Source: a candidate division WS6 bacterium OLB20 (GTDB lineage Bacteria > Patescibacteriota > Dojkabacteria > B142 > OLB20). From it: 64,000 bases of DNA. Position numbers and translations under genes: made by a program. Shown here one piece after another: positions 51,786 through 62,505 of this stretch; the first letter of the stretch is position 1; each line of letters opens with the position of its first letter. The stretch lies in assembly GCA_001567355.1 (NCBI GenBank), contig JYNZ01000002.1:135477-199476 (forward strand), read 5' to 3'. Under the pieces are notes generated by a model. That model saw nothing but the letters and a program-made list of their open reading frames with translations, had not been told where the DNA came from and searched no databases.

Positions 51786-53573
51786 ATGGAACGTATTCTC
51801 GCGCGGGATCTGCCTGCGCATACAGGGGAGCAGGTGCTGGTTAAGGGCTGGCTCCATACCTCCCGGGTTCTGGGTAAACTAGCTTTTCTGGTCCTGCGTG
51901 ACAGATCCGGTCTTATGCAGGTGGTAGTCGAAGACAAAGCGCTGATTGATCAGCTCAAGACACTCCAGGTCGGCACGGTGATGACGGTCGCTGCAACAGT
52001 GGCTGCAAACGAAAAAGTGCAGGGTGGAGTTGAGCTTTCCGCTCCTGCGATTGAGATCCTCAGTGAGGTGACCGAGCCAATGCCGCTTGAAATCAATAAA
52101 GAGCATATCAAGGCAGGGCTGGATACTATTCTGGACTACAGACCGCTGACATTGAGGCATCAGCAGTATCAGGCGATCTTCCGTATCCAGGCGACTCTTG
52201 TGCAGGCATACCGTGAATTTCTCATCAGTGAGGGATTTACAGAATTTTTCGGTCCCAACGTTATTGGCGCATCTTCTGAGGGCGGTGCTGAGCTGTTTGA
52301 GGTTAACTATTTTGGCGAGCGTGCGCTGCTTTCGCAGAGCGCACAGCTTTATAAGCAGATGATGGTAGGGGTGTACGAACGGGTATTTGCGCTGATGAAG
52401 TGCTTCAGAGCCGAAAAATCAAACACCCGCAGACATCTTACCGAGGCCACCCAGTTTGAGTTTGAGATGGGCTTTATCGAGAATGTCTCTGAAGTGATGG
52501 ATATGCTGGAGCGGGTTGTTAAGTTTATGATCGCCCGGGTTGCAGAGCGTCATCAGGATGAACTTAAGCTGCTTGGAGCTGAGCTGGTCCTTGCTCCCGG
52601 GGAGGTCAGATTTCCGCGCATCACGTTTAAAGAGGCACTCCAACTGGTGTTTGAGAGGACAGGAGTCGATGAGCGAGGTGAAAATGACCTGTCCCCATTT
52701 GCCGAGAAGGAACTCTGCAGCTTTGCGCGAGAAGAATACGGTACCGACTTCATCTTCGTTTCGCACTTTTTGCGGTCTAAGACAGCGTTTTATGCACATC
52801 CCAACCACGAGGATCCTGAAGTAAGCAACTATTTTGACCTGCTGTGCCGCGAGATAGAGATAGCCAGTGGAGGACAGCGTATTCATGAAAAAGAGATGCT
52901 GGTTGAATCGCTTGAGTTGAAGGGCTTAAATCCTGACGCCTTTGCAGATTACCTTTCTATTTTTGAGTTCGGCATGCCTCCCCACGGCGGCTTTGGCATG
53001 GGGATGGAACGATTCACTATGATGGCACTGGGTCTTGAGAATATCCGGATGGCAACACTGTTTCCGTCGGATACAAAGAGGATCGCCGGTGTCCGGCTGG
53101 CTGAAAAAGTATTTACCGGGCAGGACCTTCGTGATGAACTGCTCAGAAGCCTTAATGAAGGAGGTGTTTCGTTTACCGAGGTACAGCACGAACCGGTATC
53201 GACCAGTGAAGAGGCTGCGGCAGCCCGGGGTACAGACCTGTCTGCAGGAATAAAAGCGCTGATCCTGAAGAGCAAGAAGAGCGATGAACGCATCATGGTC
53301 TGCGTGCCCGCAGACGAAAAGCTGGATATGAAGAAGATCCAGGAGGTGACCGGCTCCCGTTACGAATTTGAGAAGCCGGAGGTCATCAAAACAGTCTACG
53401 GACTTGAAGTCGGTGCTGTACCGCCTTTTGGCAATCTGCTCGGTCTCAAAACCTACTTTGCAGCGCGCATCGCTGAAAACGACACTGTTGCATTTAACGC
53501 CGGGACAAGGACAGACTCAGTGGTGATGAATTCAGCCGATCTGATCAGGATAACAGAACCCCAGATCATATAA
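51786..53573 (+). CDS. aspS: aspartate/asparagine--tRNA ligase (class IIb, archaeal/eukaryal type) fused to a C-terminal YbaK/ProX-like aminoacyl-tRNA deacylase domain
   Basis: An OB-fold N-terminus; class II motifs FRAEKSNTRRHLTE and GGFGMGMERF; and ...NIRMATLFPSD. A roughly 165-aa extension follows (VSFTEVQHEPVSTSEEAAAARG...KALILKS...ERIMVCVPADEKLDMKKI...GAVPPFGN...VAFNAG) that is collinear with YbaK. Confidence 0.85.
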   Translation: MERILARDLPAHTGEQVLVKGWLHTSRVLGKLAFLVLRDRSGLMQVVVEDKALIDQLKTLQVGTVMTVAATVAANEKVQGGVELSAPAIEILSEVTEPMPLEINKEHIKAGLDTILDYRPLTLRHQQYQAIFRIQATLVQAYREFLISEGFTEFFGPNVIGASSEGGAELFEVNYFGERALLSQSAQLYKQMMVGVYERVFALMKCFRAEKSNTRRHLTEATQFEFEMGFIENVSEVMDMLERVVKFMIARVAERHQDELKLLGAELVLAPGEVRFPRITFKEALQLVFERTGVDERGENDLSPFAEKELCSFAREEYGTDFIFVSHFLRSKTAFYAHPNHEDPEVSNYFDLLCREIEIASGGQRIHEKEMLVESLELKGLNPDAFADYLSIFEFGMPPHGGFGMGMERFTMMALGLENIRMATLFPSDTKRIAGVRLAEKVFTGQDLRDELLRSLNEGGVSFTEVQHEPVSTSEEAAAARGTDLSAGIKALILKSKKSDERIMVCVPADEKLDMKKIQEVTGSRYEFEKPEVIKTVYGLEVGAVPPFGNLLGLKTYFAARIAENDTVAFNAGTRTDSVVMNSADLIRITEPQII

Positions 53574-53593
53574 CTGCATCCGCATCACTAAAC

Positions 53594-53633
53594 AGGAGGC
53601 TCGAATGAGCCTCCTATTTTTGTGCTTTTTTTT
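53594..53633 (+). terminator. rho-independent terminator after aspS
   Basis: aggaggctc-gaat-gagcctcct hairpin followed by a T-rich run. Confidence 0.65.
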
Positions 53634-53694
53634 GTCAAAAAACAGCAGAATTTTACTCCCGATACTTGCACTGTCAATAAGAATGGGTTACATT

Positions 53695-53719
53695 GGTGAC
53701 AGGTGGTGAAGTAAGGTGA
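53695..53719 (+). promoter_or_regulatory. putative MraZ operator: three GGTGA direct repeats at exact 10-bp spacing in the mraZ promoter
   Basis: GGTGA occurs at 53695, 53705 and 53715, about 120 bp upstream of the mraZ start. Confidence 0.45.
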
Positions 53720-53840
53720 AAATTTGACAAACAATGCACTATTAAGTATTTTTACACCTCCAAGCTTCGCCAAAAATTTTGGCAACTGCCTCCAAAACTT
53801 CGGATAAACAAATTTTTTACCCGAGTTCACCACCTACAAA

Positions 53841-54275
53841 ATGTTGATCGGAGAGTACGAAGGAAAGATTACTGAAAAAAACAGACTTGCAGTCCCGGCC
53901 AGGGTTCGCAGTGAGTTTAAGTCCGGACTGATTGTATCCAGGGGTTACGAAGGTTGTCTTTTGCTCCTTGACGGTACCAGATGGAAACAACTGATCGAAG
54001 TGGTCACAGCAAAGCCGCTTCTGCAGATGTCTATTCGGGATACGATGCGCTTTCTGGTGGGTGGTGCCCATCAGGTCGAACTCGATGCGCAGGGAAGATT
54101 TGTTATACCTTCCTCCCTCAAAGACTATGCCGAACTCGATCAGGATGTTGTGTTTGTCTCAGTACTTGACTGGGTCGAGATCTGGGACAGACAGAGATGG
54201 CTTACAAAATTGTCTGATCTTGCCGGTTCGGCAAGTGATATAGCAGAAAGACTGATGCAGGATTATGAAAAGTAA
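53841..54275 (+). CDS. mraZ: transcriptional regulator MraZ
   Basis: Duplicated MraZ/SpoVT-AbrB modules (KNRLAVPARVRSEF and QGRFVIPSSLKDYA). It is the first gene of the dcw cluster. Confidence 0.85.
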   Translation: MLIGEYEGKITEKNRLAVPARVRSEFKSGLIVSRGYEGCLLLLDGTRWKQLIEVVTAKPLLQMSIRDTMRFLVGGAHQVELDAQGRFVIPSSLKDYAELDQDVVFVSVLDWVEIWDRQRWLTKLSDLAGSASDIAERLMQDYEK

Positions 54276-55199
54276 ACACATACCGGTTCTTTTACAAGAG
54301 AGTATTGAGCAGTTGCATATCAGCCGGGTGGCATCTATGCAGATGTTACCCTCGGCGGAGGTGGTCATTCCCGTGCGATTCTTAACCTGCTGAATTACGG
54401 AACGCTGATTGCCATAGATCAGGATCCTGAGTCGGTAGAACGCTTCAGGCACTACCTCAAAAGCTCGGGGTTTTCCGAATCGGAAGACGCTTATCGCAAA
54501 GGCAAAACGACAGTCTACGTCCGGGAGGACAACTTCAGAAATATCGGAACGATCCTGGATCAGCTGTCGCTCGCTCCTGACGCAATCCTTGCCGATCTCG
54601 GGATGTCGACAGATCAGCTACGCAGCAATAAGGGATTCAGTTTTAGAGGTGAGGAGTTACTTGATATGCGAATGTCACCTGAGACAGCAGTTACTGCTGC
54701 TGACCTGCTCAATGTCCTGTTTAAAAAAGAACTGGAACAGCTCTTTACAAACTATGCGGATATCGATTATGCCAACAGGCTGGCTAATGCAATTATCAGG
54801 TTCAGGCGGGTGCGCCCGGTTCAGACGGCCGCAGACCTGCGCGAGATAATCGCTACAGTAGTGCCCGAGGGTAACCGGTCATCGTCAGCCCGGCTTCCCG
54901 AGGCCCGTGTGTTTCAGGCTCTCAGGATAGCGGTGAACGATGAATTCGGAGCTCTGAAGGATTTCCTGCAGGCAGCCTATGGACATCTGAAAGATGACGG
55001 AGTGCTTGCTGTTATCACATTCCATTCAGGAGAGGATCGCGTAGTAAAACAATTTATCAAAACACATAAACCCGAGACCGCCCTGTTCAGACCGGATACT
55101 GATGAACAGGCGTCAAATCCGCAAAGCAGAAGTGCAAAACTGCGGATCATTATTAAAAAACGAATTACTGCCCATGAACATCAGGAAATCAACAACTGA
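54265..55199 (+). CDS. rsmH: 16S rRNA (cytosine1402-N4)-methyltransferase, interrupted by a frameshift near 54330
   Basis: ATG at 54265 gives MKSKHIPVLLQESIEQLHIS. One C appears to be missing (agccggg vs agcccggg). The next frame reads PGGIYADVTLGGGGHSRAIL...DLGMSTDQLR...GFSFRGEELLDMRMS.... Confidence 0.8.
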
Positions 55200-55482
55200 A
55201 TCACCCTCTCTGCTGAAAAAGCTGTCTGTAGTTCTCGTGCTAATGTTTATTGCTATTCAGCTGTACGTTCTGTCAACGGTAGGAACCCAGGGAGAGCGTG
55301 TCAGTGAGTTGCGCGACCGTCAGGCAGAGGTAAAGATCGAAAATGAAATTCTGCGTGCACGTATCTCGGAGCTTCAATCCACAACCGAAATCCGCAAGAC
55401 TGCAAATGAGCATTTGCAAATGCAGCCTGCACAGGTAGTATATGTTGATGCCAGTGAGTTTTACGTAGCGGCACAGCAATAA
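55174..55482 (+). CDS. ftsL: FtsL-like cell-division membrane protein
   Basis: A small single-TM protein with a coiled coil (ELRDRQAEVKIENEILRARISELQ), positioned between rsmH and the PBP gene. Confidence 0.5.
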   Translation: MNIRKSTTESPSLLKKLSVVLVLMFIAIQLYVLSTVGTQGERVSELRDRQAEVKIENEILRARISELQSTTEIRKTANEHLQMQPAQVVYVDASEFYVAAQQ

Positions 55483-57290
55483 ATGTCTGTAGCGAAAATC
55501 CATACCGCAAAACTGAGACTGATAGCAACGCTCCTTCTCCTGCTTGCCTTTGGCGCAATTGTACTTGCGTTTCGCTGGCAGCTGATAGATAACGAGCAGT
55601 TTATTGCTATCGCGAACGAGCGTTACCGTGATATACGTATCCCGTCATTGCGCGGAACTGTGCTGGCTGCGGATGGCAGCACACTGGCTTTCAGCGAACC
55701 CAGGTTTGATGTGTATATCTGGCTGCCCGAGCTTGAGCGTGCAGAGAGCAGGGGTTATCAGTCGCGTGAAGAGTTTACAGAAAACGTGGCAGAGATCCTT
55801 GCAACGGACGAGGAGAGTATAGAGTCGATTCTTGACAGCGGGCCCTGGTGGCTGAAGATAGCAGACAGAATTGATGTCGATACAAAAAACAAACTGGAGG
55901 AGGTCACACTTGGCGACAGTGATCGCCATCTGCAGGGTCTGCAGTTTGAATATGTAAGTCAGCGTGTATATCCGGAAAACAGCCTGGGCAGTCACATCAT
56001 CGGGTTTGTCGGTTCAAACGCCACAGGAGAGCAGGTCGGTGTCGGCGGACTTGAGCAATACTGGGAGGGAAGTCTTAAACCTCAGGAGGGTTTTGAGTCA
56101 GGCGAATTTGACAGCTTCGGTAATCCAATCATCATCGGTGACAATGAACCGCTTGAACCCAAACCGGGTGTCACGCTGTATACGACCATTGATAAAACAC
56201 TGCAGGGAATTCTCGAAAAACAGCTGAAACTGGGTGTAAACCGATTCGGTGCGGCATCCGCCACTGGTATCATCATCGACCCTAAGACCGGAGCAGTGCT
56301 GGCACTGGCAAATGTCCCGGACTACAATCCCAACGCGTACTATGAAGAAAAAGACGGTTCGGTATTCGGAAATCATGCAATCACCATTCCATATGAGGTC
56401 GGCTCAGTAGCCAAGGTGTTCACACTTGCAGCTGCTGTCGATCTTGAAACACTTGAGCCTGACACGTATGTTCTACCGCAAGGTCACCAGGCTGTGAGAT
56501 AATTTCGCCAAATCCTCCTGCAGATGCGTCATGTGACAAGCTAACGGACAAGTTTGACTGTATCTGCACATTCAACCGTGAGCCGGTACGCGAACCGATC
56601 TCTGCAGCTGATGCACTGATCAACTCTGACAATATCGGGTTCCGCCATATCGCGCTGACAATGAGTTACGAGGAGTTTCATGAATATCTTGTCAGGTTTG
56701 GCGTCGGCAGAAGTACAGGGATTGAACTTGCCGGTGAATCAACCGGCCTTTTGAAGGATACTGACCGCTGGAATTATGCTGATCAGGCTGTATTCAGCTA
56801 CGGTCACGGCTATCAGCTGACACCGCTGCAGACCATCAGCGGTATCGCCGCTGTTGCAAACGAGGGCAGGCGAATGCAGCCGTATCTTGTTTCCAAGGTA
56901 GTTGATGCCGACGGACGTGCAACAGTATTTAATCCTCAGGTTGTGTCTGAGGCAGTCTCACCGTCAACGTCCCAGGCAGTCACAGATGTGATGAACGAGG
57001 TGTTTCTCGGAAATATTCCTGAGCGCGAATACAAAGACCTTTCTGAGTATTACATTGCAATGAAGTCAGGAACGGCGCTGATTGCCAACCGCGACAGTGC
57101 TGGATATTCAAGTGAAATCAATGCTACCTATGTCGGGTTTGATGCTGCACCTGAGCACACATTTGCCATGCTGATCAAGCTTGAAGAGCCGCAGGTGGGT
57201 GACCTGTCGTTCTACAACGCCAGAATGGTCTGGCTGGATACATTCAAAGAGATCAAAGAGCACCTGGGAGTCAGAAAATACAGCCGCTAG
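55483..57290 (+). CDS. ftsI: penicillin-binding protein (FtsI-like class B transpeptidase), interrupted by a frameshift near 56490
   Basis: TM, a PBP dimerisation domain and the SxxK motif (GSVAKVFT), then a stop at 56502. The SxN (ALINSDNIG) and KTG-type (KSGTA) motifs continue in another frame that is open from about 56463. Confidence 0.8.
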
Positions 57291-57346
57291 TGTGAAATTA
57301 CACAGGGCTCTTCGTTATAGAGAGTGTTACTTTACTGATACACACT

Positions 57347-58632
57347 ATGTCATCGTATACGATTGAAGGTGGAACCCCCCTTAAGGTACTGTTACCCCGG
57401 GCGGAAACAAAAACGCCGCGCTGCCGATTATTTCTGCCAGTCTGATGACGCGTGAAAAGGTCGTCCTGCGCAACGTTCCCAATATCTCCGATGTCGCAAT
57501 TCAGCTTAAGATTCTGAAAAAACTTGGTGCCAGTGTAAAACGAAACCTGCAGGATGGAACAGTTGAGATCGAGGCAACAGAGATCACATCTCACAAGCTG
57601 AGCAAGGATGATGTTATGAAGACACGCGGCTCTATTCTGTTCCTCGGAGCGCTATCCGGGCGTGTAAAGCAGGTCGAGCTCTGGTCTCCGGGCGGCTGCA
57701 ATCTCGGCAAGCGTCCTGTCGACAGCTACCTGATTGCACTAGAGAGTCTGCACGCCGAGATCGAAGTAGAGGATACCTGTTTCAAGGTGGATGCGTCACA
57801 GATGCGTGGAGACAGAGTCTGGCTTTCAGAAAAGGCTGTAACCGGTACCGAAAACGTTATCATGGCAGCTGTTCTGGCCGACGGAAGCACAGAGATCATT
57901 AATGCAGCCAGCGAACCGCATGTTCAGGACCTGTGCAATTTTCTTAATTCCATGGGTGCCAAAATAAGCGGAATCGGAAGTGACAGATTGTATATTGAGG
58001 GTGTAGCAGAGCTGCACGGTACCGACCATACAATCATGACAGACTTCATGGAGGTAGGAACATTTATCGCGGCAGCTGCGGTTACAAAGGGTGAGATCCG
58101 GATCGAAAATGCGATTCCTGAGCATATGACACAGATTCTGTCAGAATTTGCGAAGCTTGGCGTCGAGACAGAGGTTGATGGTGATGCAATCATCGCACGA
58201 GCCGCAGAAGACATGGAGATACGTACCTATATGGATGGAACAATGAACAAAATTGAATGTCTTCCCTGGCCCGCGTTTCCTGCCGACCTGCTTCAGTTTG
58301 CAATCGTGATTGCAACACAGGCCAAAGGCAAAATACTGATCCACGACAAGCTCTATGAAGGCAGGCTGTTCTACACGCAGGAGCTTGTGAAGATGGGTGC
58401 AGACATATTTATGGCAGATCCCCACCGTATCGTTGTATCGGGTCCCGCACAGCTGAAAGGAAAGGTCCTGCAGTCACCGGATATCAGAGCCGGTATGTCT
58501 CTTCTGATTGCGGCACTGGCTGCCAAGGGAGAAAGTATTATTGAACGCGGAGAAATCATCGAGCGCGGATATGAAAATATTCAGGAGAAGTTCCGCTCCC
58601 TCGGTGCGACCATTGTCAGAAAGGAGGACTGA
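57347..58632 (+). CDS. murA: UDP-N-acetylglucosamine 1-carboxyvinyltransferase, interrupted by a frameshift in a G-run near 57385
   Basis: ATG at 57347 gives MSSYTIEGGTPLK, then shifts. The next frame reads GTVTPGGNKNAALPIISASLMTREKVVLRNVPNISDV...; the rest is a canonical EPT fold. Confidence 0.85.
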
Positions 58633-58634
58633 TT

Positions 58635-59417
58635 ATGAATCCCTTCCGGCGACTCCTCAGATTTGTACTCGGATCGTTAGCCAAAAGCGCCATCCGAAAG
58701 CACTCGATCGAGCTGATAGTAATTACCGGATGGTACGGGACAGATATCGCCCGCGAACTGGCATATACGGTTCTCAATGACACATTAAAAGTCCGGCGCA
58801 ATACGCGTGAGATCTGGTGGGACTTTTCTCTGCCGCTTGCCATACTTGGCTATCCTGACAGAAAACGGTCGGTTCCAGGCTGGATACTTCTCTTGCTCAG
58901 GGCATCGCTGTATCTAACGTTTGCGCGGCCAAATCCGCATACACTTATTCTCAATGCTGACTGCACATTTGACCATACAGCACGCTACTGGGCATCATTT
59001 ATTTCGGCTGACTGTCTCGTCATTCTGAACTATGACCGTGAAGCCGCAATCGTACGGGAGCTGTTACGGACTCAAAAGGAGGGGGCGACTGTCGTCTATA
59101 ATCCTGAAGGTGTTCCCGCTTCTGTTCAAAAGTTTCTGACAGATAAGCGCACCGTCACATTCGGAAAAAAGGATCAGACTCTAACCCTTTCTGTGACAAA
59201 AGGAACCGTATCTGCATCTGCAGGATCATCACATACCACATTCCCGTTTCCGGCAACATTTGGAATCACGGCAGAGACCCTTGGAGCAGTGCTTGCACTA
59301 GCCTATGACAAAGGCATAGATCTGGCGGAGGCAGCGTTCAATACCCTAAAATTTGAACTGCCGGGTGCGGTTCTTGCTAAAATACGGAGTAAATTAGAGA
59401 TTACCGCACAGCAATAA
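58635..59417 (+). CDS. hypothetical protein (possibly a degenerate Mur-ligase-like protein)
   Basis: 260 aa. IVITGWYGTDIARE weakly resembles the Mur ligase ITGTNGKTT P-loop position. Confidence 0.35.
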   Translation: MNPFRRLLRFVLGSLAKSAIRKHSIELIVITGWYGTDIARELAYTVLNDTLKVRRNTREIWWDFSLPLAILGYPDRKRSVPGWILLLLRASLYLTFARPNPHTLILNADCTFDHTARYWASFISADCLVILNYDREAAIVRELLRTQKEGATVVYNPEGVPASVQKFLTDKRTVTFGKKDQTLTLSVTKGTVSASAGSSHTTFPFPATFGITAETLGAVLALAYDKGIDLAEAAFNTLKFELPGAVLAKIRSKLEITAQQ

Positions 59418-59512
59418 AAGAGATTACAGAATCAGAACAAAAGGATCTCTTCAGTAAGAAGAGCCTGTCAGCAAAGGATTTTTCACGGATATACGAGATC
59501 TACCATAAAAAG

Positions 59513-59980
59513 GTGCAGGATTTCATCCTGAAACGTGTGAGTAATCAGCAGATCGCCGAGGATCTTACGTCGGATGTATTTGAAAAGGTACTAAAATCAA
59601 TCAATGATTTTCAGTGGCAGGGAATTACCGTTTCAGCATGGATATTCAGAATAGCCCGCAATCACGTGATTGACTACTACCGTAAAAACAGCAAGCGTAA
59701 AAAGGATACATCGCTGGACAAGGTCGTTAATATTGTCGCTTCATCCGCTCCCAGCGCAGAGACTGAGATGCAGGCTGATGAGGCTGAAGCAGGGCTTTAC
59801 AATGCCCTGCGTGAACTGAAGCAGGAAGATCAGTATCTGGTGTATTACAAGTTTTTTGAAGAACTGTCCAACAAACAGATTTCAAAACTGACCGGAATGT
59901 CAGAGACCAATATCGGAACAAGACTGCACCGGATCAGAAAACGACTGGGCACTATTTTGGAAAAGAAACAGCTCTCATGA
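59513..59980 (+). CDS. RNA polymerase sigma-70 factor, ECF subfamily
   Basis: Region 2 (DLTSDVFEKVLKSI...WIFRIARNHVIDYYR) and region 4 (LSNKQISKLTGMSETNIGTRLHRIRKRL). The reading frame is open further upstream without a canonical start codon. Confidence 0.75.
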   Translation: MQDFILKRVSNQQIAEDLTSDVFEKVLKSINDFQWQGITVSAWIFRIARNHVIDYYRKNSKRKKDTSLDKVVNIVASSAPSAETEMQADEAEAGLYNALRELKQEDQYLVYYKFFEELSNKQISKLTGMSETNIGTRLHRIRKRLGTILEKKQLS

Positions 59981-61336
59981 CACAATCACATCCACTGCAA
60001 CGCATAAAAAATGCCTACCATCTGCTGCAGTCCGTATGGGCAAACATCCGTAACGGCTGGCCGTCAAGGCAGCTGACCGTTATAGCTGTGACGGGTACAG
60101 ACGGTAAAACCACAACAACCTCGATGATCTACCACATACTCAAAGAGAGTGGTCTTCCTGTTGGCTATATTTCGACCATTGAAGCAAGATAGGTGACCGT
60201 GTTCTTGACACAGGGTTGCATGTGACGACACCTGAGCCATGGGAAGTGCCGGTGTATCTCAGACAGATGGTTGAGGAAGGCATCACACACGTCGTGCTGG
60301 AGTCAACTTCATCAGGGCTTCAGCAAAACAGACTGTTTGGAGTCGGCTTTGATGCTGCGACCATAACAAACATCAAGACCGATCATCTTGAATATCACGG
60401 TACATGGGAAAACTATGCAGACGCCAAGTTCCGGGTCGCAACAAAACTCAGACATGGCGGTCTCCTGGTACTCAACAGTGACGACGATCGTTCTGCCGCC
60501 TGGCTGCAGAAAAAAAACTGCAGCCCTGCGTGACATCAAAATAATCTGGTATTCAAAGTCGCAGATTCAGGCACTGCATGAGTCGGTCAGCGGAACTGAA
60601 TTTACGTACAAAGACCAGATATACAAAACTGCCGGTAATTGGTGATTATAATCAGGAAAATGCACTTGCTGCGATTGAGGTAACGAGCAGATACGTGACT
60701 GCGGAGCAGATAGCATCGGCTCTGGAGACACTGCCGGTACCAAAAGGACGGATGGAGATTGTTGCCAAAAAGCCCGTAACAGTTATCATCGATTTCGCTC
60801 ATACGGGACACGCGCTCGAGGAGGCGCTCAAAGCAGTAAACAAGATCAGAGGCAAACAGAGCAGGGTTATTACGGTGTTTGGCTGTGCAGGCAGGCGCGA
60901 CAGATCACGCAGAAGTATGGGAGAGGTGGCATCCCGCCTTGCCGATGTGCTGGTGCTGACTGCAGAAGATCCGCGTAATGAAAAACTGGCCAGTATTAAC
61001 ACCGAGATCGCAACTTTTGCTGAAGCGAACAAAGGAAAAATTATACAGCGTTTTGCAAAACAGGCAGACTACCGGGCTGCAGACATCGCAGCCTTAGCCC
61101 GCAACGTAAAGAATTCAGCTGAAGGCGGCTGTGTACCGGTTGTATGTTTTGATGAGGACTCGGTTAACAGCAGGCTTGATGCAATTGATGCGGCCATAGG
61201 CATAGCAGAACCCGGAGACATAGTCTTTGTCACCGGTAAGGCCCACGAACAGAGCCTCTGTTTTGGTGAGACAGAATATCCGTGGAGTGATCATGAAGCT
61301 GTTGCGGCTGTATTAGACAAACAGAAAGAAAAGTGA
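59977..61336 (+). CDS. murE: Mur ligase family protein (MurE-like), interrupted by three homopolymer frameshifts (about 60185, 60500, 60625)
   Basis: AVTGTDGKTTTTSMIYHIL (P-loop); then LHVTTPEPWEV...VVLESTSSGL...DHLEYHGTWENY...LVLNSDD; then IIWYS...; then LPVIGDYNQENALAAIEV and a C-terminal domain. Each junction falls in an A-run. Confidence 0.75.
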
Positions 61337-62458
61337 GATCAGTGCTGCAAACAGAAATGCTGCTTCAAACCCGAAGTTAAGCACAATAACCGCTCCAAAC
61401 ATGATTGCAACAGCGGCTGCGATGTTGGTTACCATCTCTCGCACAACAATGTGTTCATCCAGCTGGGCGTCTCTGTGCTTTTTAGCAGTCATGAGGTCAT
61501 ACGTAAGTACAATGTATGCCGAATCCTTCAGATTTGCGTTCAGTTTATAGACAATATCAGATACAAACACTCCCGGAGCCGAAGTCGCAAGTGTTCTCAT
61601 AATCCAGCTGAAAAAGAGCAGCAGCGAATCCCGGCGCAGGAATGTTCTGCGGTTGTGCTTATCCAGAAACCTGCCGATGAGGAGACTCAATCCTACACTG
61701 ATTATCAGTATTGCAGTAAACAGATAGCCGAAATCCTGGTATGAGCTCCCCAGCAGTAGAAACACGTACACAACCCAGAGATGTTCAAACTGGTCAATCG
61801 GCTGGTTCATGATTGCAAGTGTCGAAGCCCTGCGGAATGCTTTGTGTGTGAGCAGCTTAAACACCTTGCCGGTATATCGGAAGCGGAACGTCTCTATGGC
61901 AAACAGGGGGACAATTGACAGCAGGGCAAACATGGCTGATGCTGTGATCAACCCGGCCACACCAAAGGAAGCAGAGACGATACCTCCCAGAGCAGGATAT
62001 ATCACTATCGATACAAGGATGATCGCTCTGATCAGACCGTATTCGCTGCCACGCTTGCGTGCGTCTGTCAGTCGTGCAACATAATAAAGCACAGGAGTAA
62101 ACATAAGCGGTCTGCCGATTGCGTTAAGTGCGATGTAGACAAGTACCGGGGCGTAGTTATCTGACGCAAGAAGCATAAGAGGCAGCTGACCAGCCAGCAT
62201 CAGGACTGAGCCGATGATTATTGATGTCCGTGTTCCGACTCTGCCGATAAAGTCGGCAGTCAGCGGCACAAGCAGTCCGTGCAGCAGATGGATAAGCGCA
62301 AGAGGCGCAAGTGCATGAACCAGCGAATTATTGAAAATCTGGAAAATACTGAGCGTACCGAAGACGGTGACGAGACCCAGCGATACATTCGCAAGTGCAC
62401 GGCTTGTTGAATAGTAGATTATCGTCTTTCGGTTCATGGTCAAACTGGCATGGTACAA
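61313..62458 (-). CDS. MFS transporter
   Basis: A 12-TM, 381-aa protein with the MFS-like GRxxDRxGRR-region remnant GRFLDKHNRR. Confidence 0.65.
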   Translation of the reverse strand: MYHASLTMNRKTIIYYSTSRALANVSLGLVTVFGTLSIFQIFNNSLVHALAPLALIHLLHGLLVPLTADFIGRVGTRTSIIIGSVLMLAGQLPLMLLASDNYAPVLVYIALNAIGRPLMFTPVLYYVARLTDARKRGSEYGLIRAIILVSIVIYPALGGIVSASFGVAGLITASAMFALLSIVPLFAIETFRFRYTGKVFKLLTHKAFRRASTLAIMNQPIDQFEHLWVVYVFLLLGSSYQDFGYLFTAILIISVGLSLLIGRFLDKHNRRTFLRRDSLLLFFSWIMRTLATSAPGVFVSDIVYKLNANLKDSAYIVLTYDLMTAKKHRDAQLDEHIVVREMVTNIAAAVAIMFGAVIVLNFGFEAAFLFAALISLFFLFV

Positions 62459-62505
62459 TCAGAACAGGCTGTAACACACACTAACAAATAAGCATCCATC
62501 CGTGA

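Noticed and set aside
53084-53095. Possibility that the aspS-ybaK fusion is created by an A-run length error at gctgaaaaagta (around 53090)
   Set aside because: Changing the run length would introduce a stop but would not generate an independent start for the YbaK-like segment. The in-frame fusion therefore stays the simplest reading, though it is flagged for read-level verification.
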